A stretch of 21,027 nt of DNA from positions 1 through 21,027 of the forward strand of contig CBDUPA010000041.1 in assembly GCA_965368975.1 (NCBI GenBank). The letters run 5' to 3'. Position numbers and translations under genes: made by a program. The first letter of the stretch is position 1; each line of letters begins with the position of its first letter. The notes beneath the pieces were generated by a model. The model had not been told where the DNA came from and ran no database searches. It saw only the letters and a list, made by a program, of their open reading frames with translations. Source of the stretch: an uncultured bacterium. GTDB lineage: Bacteria > Acidobacteriota > Thermoanaerobaculia > Multivoradales > JAHZIX01. This document shows, one piece after another, positions 9,344 through 17,346 of this stretch.

Positions 9344-10542
9344 GGTACCTCCATGCGGGATACGTCGGACCACAAGCGGGCACTGGGCACCCAGCGATCG
9401 GTATCCACTCCTTGGGAGCGCATGCGCTCCAGGGCAAATCGCCAAGGCGGTAGCTGCGCCGTAGCCTCGACAGCGGTTTTAGTTTCTGCTTCGCCAGCGC
9501 GCGCCTGGAACAGCGCCGCCGCCAAGCGGTTGGTGAGCCACAGACGCCAACTCTCGCGCTGTCGCCAGGACAGCAGACGCTCATCCTCCGGGGGATCGAC
9601 TCCCCAGGAAAGTAAGCCGTCAGCACACACCGGCGCAGTGAAGGGAACACCGTGGGCAGGAACCCCTTCGAGAAGCCGCACCAATTGCCGTGCCTCCCGG
9701 GTCAAGCTCTCGAAGTCGCGGAAGTACACAACGAACTTGTCCGGCCGCAGTAGGCCGGCAGCATCGGCGCCGACCTTGAAACGCTGAGGCCGCACCTCGC
9801 ACACTGCTTCGAAGGCGGTCGCGAGGGCCTCCGGCCGGGGACTGACATAGAGCTTGAAGGTTGCCTGGTGGGCGGAGACGCTGGCCTCGGCGTCTCGCCG
9901 GTGCCAGCTCAGCCAGCCATCGCCACGCTGGCCGGACGGCACTAGATAGTCGCGGGCTAGGCGGCGGCACAGGGGCTGCTCCGCGGCAACCCCGAGAGCG
10001 GCGGTGACGGCACGATGATCTCGGAAGCGCCGTCGCCATCGAGGTGTGAGCGGCAGACGATTGTAGCAATAGAGCCGTGCCGAAAGGCGCTGGGGATCGT
10101 CCAGATCCAGGCCCTGACCATAGAGCAAGGCCTGACGCGACAACCGGACCAGACTACCTTCGGCGTCAGCTTCACTTGAGATCGCGCTCTTACCCGAGCC
10201 CCCTAGCAAGGCAACCGCAGCAGGGCCTGAGACGAAGGCCCCATCTCGGCGGACTTCGAGCACCCCATCAAGGACGAGTTGTCCGATAAGCGGCGGCACT
10301 TCACCCTCCGACTCGGCGCGTGCGAAGGCGGGCAGGGGCCCGGGCTCCTGCAACGTGAACCACAAGAGGGCCGTGTCCTGCGCCACGGCTTTCAACGTAC
10401 CCGCTGCTGTACGTGGCCGCAGGACACCAAATAGCTCCGCATCCCGCTCCAGCTCGTGCAACAGACTCCGCTCGTGCGGTAGAAGATGATCGAAGACCAC
10501 CAGCTCGTAGGCCGAGCTGGTGCGAAATACGAAACGGCTCAT
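9322..10542 (-). CDS. Stand-alone phospho-Ser/Thr lyase-like protein (OspF/HopA1/LanL-lyase-like) with N-terminal RRE-like domain
   Basis: 406 aa. Motifs FKLYVSP, RFKVG and RPDKFVVYF parallel in order the KLHVS, FK and GKFITIYP motifs of class III/IV lyase domains. Also GVPFTAPV..DGLLSWGVDP and ESWRLWLTNRLA. Its 3' end overlaps the kinase start by 22 nt. Confidence 0.72.
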   Translation of the reverse strand: MSRFVFRTSSAYELVVFDHLLPHERSLLHELERDAELFGVLRPRTAAGTLKAVAQDTALLWFTLQEPGPLPAFARAESEGEVPPLIGQLVLDGVLEVRRDGAFVSGPAAVALLGGSGKSAISSEADAEGSLVRLSRQALLYGQGLDLDDPQRLSARLYCYNRLPLTPRWRRRFRDHRAVTAALGVAAEQPLCRRLARDYLVPSGQRGDGWLSWHRRDAEASVSAHQATFKLYVSPRPEALATAFEAVCEVRPQRFKVGADAAGLLRPDKFVVYFRDFESLTREARQLVRLLEGVPAHGVPFTAPVCADGLLSWGVDPPEDERLLSWRQRESWRLWLTNRLAAALFQARAGEAETKTAVEATAQLPPWRFALERMRSQGVDTDRWVPSARLWSDVSRMEVPWTSQPV

Positions 10543-10548
10543 GGGCGC

Positions 10549-11109
10549 TTACGACTTCCGGGTCTTCGAACTCGAACCTTGTAGCTCCGACCGCTGCTGG
10601 CGTACCTCTTCCAGGGCCGACTCGAGGTTCTGCTCCAGTTCAGCGAGCTCATCGCTGCTGGGACCGGCGGTGAGCGCCTCCACGTCCGCCAAGTGGCGCT
10701 CGAGATCTGCCTTGTAGGCGTCCAGATCCGCAGCAGCGACCGTGCCTGAGTTCGGATCATAGGTCGTTGTGGTACAAGCCGTCACCAAAGTGCACGTACC
10801 GCAATCCTCGTAGGCGTACCTGCCCTGCTGTGGGATCGCGGTCGTGGTCGGACACCCGGTCACCAAAGTGCACGGACCGCAGTCTCCGTGTGCGTACATA
10901 CCCTGGTGCTGCATCGTGGTCGTGGTCGGACACCCTGTTACCAAGGTACATGGGCTGCACCCGTCGGATGCGGCACGGCCGGCCCGCAGCGCCGTCAACG
11001 GCCGGCAGGCCGTGACTCGCGTGCAGAATCTGCAGCCTTCACCGGAGCGCCCTTCACCCTCCCGCTCCACGGAAATCAGCAAATCGTTGTAACGAAACTT
11101 GCGACTCAT
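10549..11109 (-). CDS. Multi-core Cys/Thr-rich RiPP (lanthipeptide-like) precursor, 186 aa
   Basis: AAGGAG RBS; short N-terminal segment MSRKFRYNDLLISV; four CxxCTxVTxC units; acidic helical C-terminus. Its stop is 6 nt before the lyase start. Confidence 0.85.
   Translation of the reverse strand: MSRKFRYNDLLISVEREGEGRSGEGCRFCTRVTACRPLTALRAGRAASDGCSPCTLVTGCPTTTTMQHQGMYAHGDCGPCTLVTGCPTTTAIPQQGRYAYEDCGTCTLVTACTTTTYDPNSGTVAAADLDAYKADLERHLADVEALTAGPSSDELAELEQNLESALEEVRQQRSELQGSSSKTRKS
10762..11034 (-). repeat. Degenerate 75-78-bp tandem repeat encoding the four precursor cores
   Basis: GTCACCAAAGTGCACG recurs at 10781 and 10859, with variant GTTACCAAGGTACATG at 10937 (78-bp period). Cores start at aa 26, 51, 77 and 103. 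Confidence 0.9.
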
Positions 11110-11211
11110 CCCAGACTCCTTGTTGAAACAATGCTTGGTATCCGGCCGTGCCTGATCGACAAGCCGGCCAGGTTCTTCACACTGTGGGATGAGATGTATG
11201 CTCGCCGAGAA

Positions 11212-13347
11212 TTACGGCAGGAGTCGAGAGAAATCCGCACTCATATACAGAGGTCGCCAGACGGGATCGAGCTCCAGGAAGCGCCGGCAGAGAGAGAATT
11301 GGTACTCCGTCTCAAGCAGCTCGGCCAACTCCTCGACCGCTGCCTTCGCGTCACCGCACAAGGTCGAGACGACTGCTCTCGCCTCCCGAACTCGAGGACC
11401 ACTGAACTTGTCTTCGGCTGCGAGTCTCCAGCCTCGGTCCGCAGTTTCTCGAGCTCGTTCGCACTGGCCCAACTGGGCCAGCGCGATAGCACGATAGGCT
11501 GGCGCTAGGAGGTGCTCGGTGCTCCCCGAAAGTTCACTGCCCAGCGCCTCCAAATTATGTTTCGCTTGGGCTCGGGCAACTTCAGGCTGCCCTGCGAGTT
11601 CGTGCAGGAGGACTTTGCGCCAGGACAAGCGCAACCGTTCGAAGGCTTCGGCGCTATCCACAGGACCAACTGGAAAGATTTCCTGAGGATGCGGGCCGAA
11701 ATAGGCCAGAAGTAGCTGATTAGATCTGCCGGAAGGAGCACCCGGCGTTGCACTCTCATATAGATCGAAGAGCATGCGATAGAACTTCAAGTCGTTCGCA
11801 GTTTCAGGACTGACCGACTCCAGGAGCTGCCGAGCTACTTGAACGGAGTCATCCGCAGCTAGTCGATTGAGGGCCGCTTCCCCTCGCACGTGGGCGAGCT
11901 CGGGCTTCAGCGCAAGCGTCTCTATGAACCAGAAGTCCGCAGCGGCGAATCGACGCTGAGCTCGATAGGTCTCGGCAATCATGGCCAGCAGGCGGTGGTT
12001 GCGGGGGTCCAGCCGCCGTGCCTGGTGGAGAAATTCCAGTGCCTTGTCCAGGTCGCCTAGCCGTCGGTAGGTATAGCCTTGGCCCTCGAACACCCTGCCG
12101 TCGATAGTGGCATTGCGACCGGCGAGCGTGAACTCTGCCAGGGCCTGCGGGTAGTCCTGAGCAATGCGATACAGATAGTACGCCTTGGCCAGTCGCATCT
12201 CGGGCACATTAGCGAAGCCTCGATCCAACGCCTGCTTCAGCGTCTTGTAGGCGAGTTGGGCGCGAACCGGTGACGTATCGGAATTTAGATAGATCGAGGT
12301 ATGGACCTGGACCAATTCCGCCCAAGCCTGCACGTAGTCTGGATCGAGACGTATCGCTTGTTCGAACTCGCTGACTGCGGCTAGCATCCGGGCTTCATCG
12401 TAGACCAGATGGGCGACCTCAGCGAGCCCACGCTGGAAGGCCTGCCAAGCGTGCTCATTGTCTGTGTGCCTGGCCGGTCGAGGCAGTTCGACATCGAGAC
12501 TGTGAGTCACCTGCTCGGCGATCTGGGTTTCAACACCAAGATCCTCGAACTCGTACGTGTCGGACCGAAGCCGCACTCTATCTGGACGCACCAGCTCAAC
12601 AACTAGTTTCGATGAAACCTGACCGGCCGCGGAGGCACGGCAAGAGAGCCATCCTTGGACGACAAAATCTACCTCCAGCTTGTGCAAGGTCTCAGTCGAG
12701 AGCTCTTCGAGTGAAGATATCGTGGCTGACGTTGTTCCCGAAATCATCTCAAGTCCTGCGGGCGATTCCAAGACCCGCCTCACCTGCTCAGTGAAACCGG
12801 GAATGCGGCTCTCCGTGTCTTCCGGACATTGCTCAGCCTTGAACGGCAAAACCATAACCCGCAACGGCCGATGCAGCGGCTCGGCGAACCAGAACAAGGT
12901 CGCAGCAACCACGACCACCAGAACGAGGCTTACTAGCATCCAGCGCTGCCATGTTGATAGTACCCCTTCCGATTCGGTCTCTGCCTGTATCTGGTTCACT
13001 TCGGCAAGCAACCGGTACCCTCGCCGCGGCACCGTTTCGACGAAACGTGGCTGCCGGGCATCGTCCCCCAGCGCCTTGCGGATGGCGTGGATACACTGCG
13101 GCAGTGCCCCGTCTTCAACCGCTATGTCCGCCCACACTACTGCGAAGAAGTCTTCCTTGTGTACCACCTCACCTGCGTGGCGGGCCAGCAGTACAAGGAC
13201 CTCCATGACGCGCGGCTCCAGGCGATGCTGTTGCCTCCCGCAACGCACAAGACCGCGGGGGCGATCGATCTCCCAGTCCCCGATCTGAAACACACTCAGA
13301 TTGCGCGGCAAAGCTCCCTCAGCCACTAGTCCCTCACCAGTCTCCAT
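11212..13347 (-). CDS. Membrane-anchored one-component regulator: OmpR/CadC-type winged-helix + TM + TolB-N-like + TPR domains
   Basis: N-terminal LEPRVMEVLVLLARHAGEVVHKE...VW...IRKALGDDARQPRFVETVPRRGYRL; TM WMLVSLVLVVVVAATLFWF; VMVLPF TolB-like motif; TPR repeats (AIRLDPDYVQAWAEL, ARRLDPRN); C-terminal LELDPVWRPL. Confidence 0.9.
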   Translation of the reverse strand: METGEGLVAEGALPRNLSVFQIGDWEIDRPRGLVRCGRQQHRLEPRVMEVLVLLARHAGEVVHKEDFFAVVWADIAVEDGALPQCIHAIRKALGDDARQPRFVETVPRRGYRLLAEVNQIQAETESEGVLSTWQRWMLVSLVLVVVVAATLFWFAEPLHRPLRVMVLPFKAEQCPEDTESRIPGFTEQVRRVLESPAGLEMISGTTSATISSLEELSTETLHKLEVDFVVQGWLSCRASAAGQVSSKLVVELVRPDRVRLRSDTYEFEDLGVETQIAEQVTHSLDVELPRPARHTDNEHAWQAFQRGLAEVAHLVYDEARMLAAVSEFEQAIRLDPDYVQAWAELVQVHTSIYLNSDTSPVRAQLAYKTLKQALDRGFANVPEMRLAKAYYLYRIAQDYPQALAEFTLAGRNATIDGRVFEGQGYTYRRLGDLDKALEFLHQARRLDPRNHRLLAMIAETYRAQRRFAAADFWFIETLALKPELAHVRGEAALNRLAADDSVQVARQLLESVSPETANDLKFYRMLFDLYESATPGAPSGRSNQLLLAYFGPHPQEIFPVGPVDSAEAFERLRLSWRKVLLHELAGQPEVARAQAKHNLEALGSELSGSTEHLLAPAYRAIALAQLGQCERARETADRGWRLAAEDKFSGPRVREARAVVSTLCGDAKAAVEELAELLETEYQFSLCRRFLELDPVWRPLYMSADFSRLLP

Positions 13348-13406
13348 TCTTCAGCTAGCTTCAATCCGACTCCTGCCTCAAGCGCGTCAAGTCTACATGG
13401 CGGCGA

Positions 13407-13444
13407 TCTGAAGAACTTCCAAAGCTATCCAAAGGATTCCGAAA
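13407..13444. promoter_or_regulatory. Helically phased direct repeats, candidate wHTH operator
   Basis: TCTGAAG (13407), TCCAAAG (13418), TCCAAAG (13428) and TCCGAAA (13438), with 10-11-bp spacing in the divergent intergenic region. Confidence 0.55.
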
Positions 13445-13511
13445 CCAGCCGCCAACTAGCGTTCTGGACACAACGAACCGCTCAAGCTCGGGCAAGGATC
13501 GGAGGTCCACG

Positions 13512-14363
13512 ATGCTGTCAGTTTCCCACCGTGCCAAGACTCAGACCATTCAACAAGACAACGTAGCTGCCTTGCCTCGGCTCAGCCGCCAGCAGGCCGA
13601 GCAGCTACTATTGCAACACATCGCTCTGCTGGACCAGTTGACCACATTCGCGGCCCGGCGCCACGGCATCCTACCCTCCGAACGCGAGGACGCCGATGGA
13701 TGGATCAAGCTACGTCTCGTCGAGAACAACTACTCGATCCTGCGCAAGTTTCGCGGTGGCAGTCAATTCTCCACCTATCTCACTACCGTAGTATTGAATC
13801 TAGCCCGTGACTACCGCATCCGCTATTGGGGAAGGTGGCGCCTTTCAGGCCAGGCGCGGCACATAGGTGGGGCGGCAGTGCTCCTGGATTGCCTCTGTAA
13901 CCGGGATGGTCACAGCCTGGACGAGGCGATCGAGATGCTGCGGAGTAATTACGGAATCACTGCCTCCAGGGAAAGTTTGTGTGAATTAGCCCTTGAATTG
14001 CCCCAACGGCAGCTACGACCACGCTTCGAGGATATCGAAGCACACGTCCTAGTCGCCAGGGAAGTGAATCGGAAACCGCTTCGATACAACCAGCGGCGGG
14101 CCGAGCTTAGCAGGCATCTTGAGTCCGTGTTGCGCGACCTATCGCACGAAGATCGATTGCTTCTACGGTTGCACTATGGTCACGGAGTCACCATCGCAAC
14201 ACTGGCGCGAACCTTCAGTAAACCTCAGCGATCCCTCTACAGTAGGCGTAACCGGATTCTGCGTTATCTACGAAAGAAGCTCGAATCCATCGGTACGCGT
14301 TGGGCTGAGATTCAAGACATCATCGAGTGGGGCGAGATCGAACTCGAAGTTCTGACCGGGTAG
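13512..14363 (+). CDS. Sigma-70 family ECF-like RNA polymerase sigma factor with a central insertion
   Basis: GGAGGT RBS; region 2-like EREDADGWIKLRL...LRKFRGGSQFSTYLTTVVLNLARDYR; region 4-like LRDLSHEDRLLLRLHYGHGVTIATLARTF...LYSRRNRIL. Confidence 0.85.
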   Translation: MLSVSHRAKTQTIQQDNVAALPRLSRQQAEQLLLQHIALLDQLTTFAARRHGILPSEREDADGWIKLRLVENNYSILRKFRGGSQFSTYLTTVVLNLARDYRIRYWGRWRLSGQARHIGGAAVLLDCLCNRDGHSLDEAIEMLRSNYGITASRESLCELALELPQRQLRPRFEDIEAHVLVAREVNRKPLRYNQRRAELSRHLESVLRDLSHEDRLLLRLHYGHGVTIATLARTFSKPQRSLYSRRNRILRYLRKKLESIGTRWAEIQDIIEWGEIELEVLTG

Positions 14364-14873
14364 AGTTCAATCTGGTACTTCAGAAAGAAGCGAAGCCAAG
14401 CCCAAACGCCTGACGATTGTTTGACATGTACTCCATCATTGTTCCATTCGCTCCCTCATAAACCATCTTCAAGGCGTAACTCAGAGCTCTTGTCCATCTC
14501 ATTACAAGAACTCGCGAACTTCTACCTGCTCAAAGTCGAAGGAGTAGCAACCACAGGCAACTATGACACGAGGCGGCATACTGCCATAAACCAGCCTTAC
14601 ACATCCACCCCAAAAGGAGGAAGGCTAGCTCAACGTCGTTTCGGTTCTTCGGTAGAGAGTCTCTCTTGCACATACCGTCACTGAACCAAGGCCCCACTGC
14701 GCATTACCGATTTGCCTTAAGAACACTGGGCGACCTTACGAGGGTAAAGGCCCAAGCCAGGACTACTACAAGCAAACCGATCGAGTTCGGTACCGGCAGC
14801 TCCCAAGAAACGGCACGCCCTCTGACGTTAGAGCACACACAAGCACTCCCAATTACAATGCATAAGGAACATC

Positions 14874-16970
14874 ATGGATATACGAATCCCTGCCTCATCG
14901 CACGTCACCGTACACGCCACAAACCCTGAAACTTGCCTTGTAAGGCTGCCAATCGACTTCATCGTTGGGAAGCAGGAATTCCGACACATGACGAGAATCT
15001 CAGGCGTTCGCTTTGTATCTAATGGCTCACAGCTGACAGCTGGGAGAGTTATCCTTCTTGAAAGAGGAGCTGAGCTTCAGCCTGGTGAAGACGGACCGCC
15101 CAAAGGGATTCGTTGGCCTGTCACGATCGCAGCTGAAGCAGCTTCCGGCCTTGATCCTCTCGACCTACTCATCCCCATATCTTGCTCCAGTGAAGAGTTC
15201 CGAAATTCTCCTACTTGGACACTAAATCTGGTATTGGAATTTGATCACGGAAAGGAGATTCCTCTCACTCTACAGCTAGCTTGGCGTGCTGGTGAACTGG
15301 TTCTGGAGTCGCTCTCCAGGAGCAGTTCACCTAGGCGCTTAGCTACTGCTCTAACAATCTTGACACTGACCTATATCTATGTGACCTTTTGGAATGATCT
15401 AATCAATAGCGGCGCCAGTTCTGGCATGTTCTCACCGAAACTTGTCCAAGGTCTCCTCTATTCTGCCTCTGGCTATGTCGGCTTTGCTGCAATCCGCCGA
15501 GCCTTTGTTAGCGCTCCGGGCCTCTTCTCCTTCTTTGAGTACCCTGAGTTGGAAGTGCATCACCGGCTTGCGGGTTTGATTGGCAGGAAGTCCGTCACAC
15601 TGGCTATATATCTAGGGTGCTTTGCAGTCTTCCTCTCGACTCTGTATCTCTGGACATTTGCTTTGCCTGTCGATTTCTCCTCGAATCTTGTAGTTGTCCC
15701 ATATAGCGAAAGTGCCCCCTTACCAACAGAAAACACTCGGGTAAGAAGAACCGAGCTGCCTAGCTCTGTGTTCTGCAATACTTCGCAAGTCTCTGAGACT
15801 CGGCCAGAAACCAAGCGCTTGGGGTATCTTGACCAATTCGGTGAGTACAGAGCTGAGCCCTTCTACCTTGAGGTCGGCAACAAGTGGCAAGAATTGCTCG
15901 AGGCTTCTTGCACTCAAGTAGGCGACGTTCAGGCAGACATCGCAGATGGCCTAACCCTGGTGAAGTTCGAGGCTGACGTAGACTTTGGCCTTAAATGCGT
16001 TCCAGAGACAGCTCGGCCGGCTGTGAGGAGTTTTCTCTGTGGCGGAAGCGGAGAAGCTGGAAACTTCCAAGTAGTCGAAAGAAGACCTCGTCGATTGAGA
16101 CTATACAAGGCTCAACAGATTACTGGCAGCGACCTCACTACAGCGCTTGCCGCCTGGGAGGATGAAATCGAAATGAGGAATCTTGGAGTGCATCAAATCC
16201 TACAGGAGTTTGAACGCTATACCGGAATGCTTCCAAACTTTCTCCCAAAGGACGAAGTAGTCTCTCCAGATCACCTGGTTGACCTCTACGAGAGTAGCAG
16301 CATAGCAACAGGGAACCCAGCAGACTCTGCGCGCAGAGTACTCAGAGTTGCTGCGCTAGTCCCAGTTACCCTCTTAACAGAAGGCACTGCTGTACCCACA
16401 AGGAATATCCGAAGTTGGACGGAGGCCTTCAGGGCGTTAGTAAATCAGGAAGCCAAAATCTCAAACTCCTTCAGAGTGAAGAATAGATTATGGATTCGAC
16501 TGTTCCTGGAGATAGAGAAGTCCCTTGCCAAGCGTGGACTAACTGAGGTTGCCGAAGACGTCCGCAGATCAATAGAAGAGACGTTGGTTGCGCTAAACGA
16601 TAGCCGTCTTCTCCTTAGCTATCTTGAGGATTGCTTCAGGTCAGGCGCGTTCAGACTGGAATCCTGGAAACAAGGTGCCATCGCGAGGCGGGACTTCTTT
16701 ACCGAGAACTCCAACCTACTCGATCAGATTCCGGTTGGAGTCGCAAGAGCGTTGCAGCGAGCAGCCAACACTTTAAGTGAGCGAGAAGCCGAGGTCCTCA
16801 AGCGGATTGCCGAGGATGTAGAGAAGCAGCGAACGGCTGTCTCCAGTGCCCTGAGCACCAATTGGTATCAGATAGGGGTCTGGCGACACGGTCCAGAGCA
16901 GGCCGTCAGCAATCCGACAAGCGAACCTTCAGATCATCGTGACCAAGAGGCTGAGACTGCGAGAAGTTGA
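14874..16970 (+). CDS. Hypothetical membrane protein (698 aa, about 3 TM segments)
   Basis: Long ORF with AAGGA RBS and hydrophobic segments LATALTILTLTYIYVTFW, LLYSASGYVGFAAI and LAIYLGCFAVFLSTLYLWTFAL. No recognised family. Confidence 0.8.
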   Translation: MDIRIPASSHVTVHATNPETCLVRLPIDFIVGKQEFRHMTRISGVRFVSNGSQLTAGRVILLERGAELQPGEDGPPKGIRWPVTIAAEAASGLDPLDLLIPISCSSEEFRNSPTWTLNLVLEFDHGKEIPLTLQLAWRAGELVLESLSRSSSPRRLATALTILTLTYIYVTFWNDLINSGASSGMFSPKLVQGLLYSASGYVGFAAIRRAFVSAPGLFSFFEYPELEVHHRLAGLIGRKSVTLAIYLGCFAVFLSTLYLWTFALPVDFSSNLVVVPYSESAPLPTENTRVRRTELPSSVFCNTSQVSETRPETKRLGYLDQFGEYRAEPFYLEVGNKWQELLEASCTQVGDVQADIADGLTLVKFEADVDFGLKCVPETARPAVRSFLCGGSGEAGNFQVVERRPRRLRLYKAQQITGSDLTTALAAWEDEIEMRNLGVHQILQEFERYTGMLPNFLPKDEVVSPDHLVDLYESSSIATGNPADSARRVLRVAALVPVTLLTEGTAVPTRNIRSWTEAFRALVNQEAKISNSFRVKNRLWIRLFLEIEKSLAKRGLTEVAEDVRRSIEETLVALNDSRLLLSYLEDCFRSGAFRLESWKQGAIARRDFFTENSNLLDQIPVGVARALQRAANTLSEREAEVLKRIAEDVEKQRTAVSSALSTNWYQIGVWRHGPEQAVSNPTSEPSDHRDQEAETARS

Positions 16971-17346
16971 GGCGAAGACCTCGTCCGAGTATCAGATGTC
17001 CCTGAGATGTCCGAACTTTCCTTTGTCTCCGGCGAGCATACTCGTTACCGAGCTTTCTGCAACACTACCGGTTGGTCTCTTGGGAAGCAATGATGCCTCT
17101 TCTTAGCGCTCAAATGCTCGACATCTCGGAGTGTGAGGCTGTGACGTGAGTACAACAGAACTGCATAATTCATGATCAGAAAGACAGGAGTTAGTACTCT
17201 CTGGAAATTCCGCGCCCAATTAATCTACCCCCTCATATCTAAAGATCGACTCAATTTGCAGTTGAAATTCTGCAACAGCAGAAGAAAATGCCCCAACTAC
17301 CGGGCAGCAATTGCAACACAACATCGATTCAGAAAGGAGAAAACCT

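Noticed and set aside
9344-9445. N-terminal extension of the kinase-cyclase ORF given in the ORF track (828 aa)
   Set aside because: It overlaps the lyase coding region, and ATG 9343 has a clear GGAGG RBS, so the shorter start is preferred.
6959-10542. Canonical class II (LanM), class III (LanKC) or class V cluster
   Set aside because: No LanM dehydratase domain is evident, Zn ligands are present (unlike class III), the kinase is Hanks-type and fused to LanC, and no flavin decarboxylase, methyltransferase or YcaO gene is present.
10762-11034. CRISPR array or ferredoxin/cytochrome c interpretation of the repeats
   Set aside because: The repeats are in-frame coding units without unique spacers or cas genes. 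The motif is CxxC-x5-C, with no CxxCH and no CxxCxxCxxxC.
3584-13329. Numerous alternative-frame and antisense ORFs in the track (e.g. 4555-5397, 7201-7818, 10888-11508, 12680-13288)
   Set aside because: Shadow ORFs overlapping well-supported genes in GC-rich DNA, with Arg/Pro/Ser-rich non-protein-like composition.
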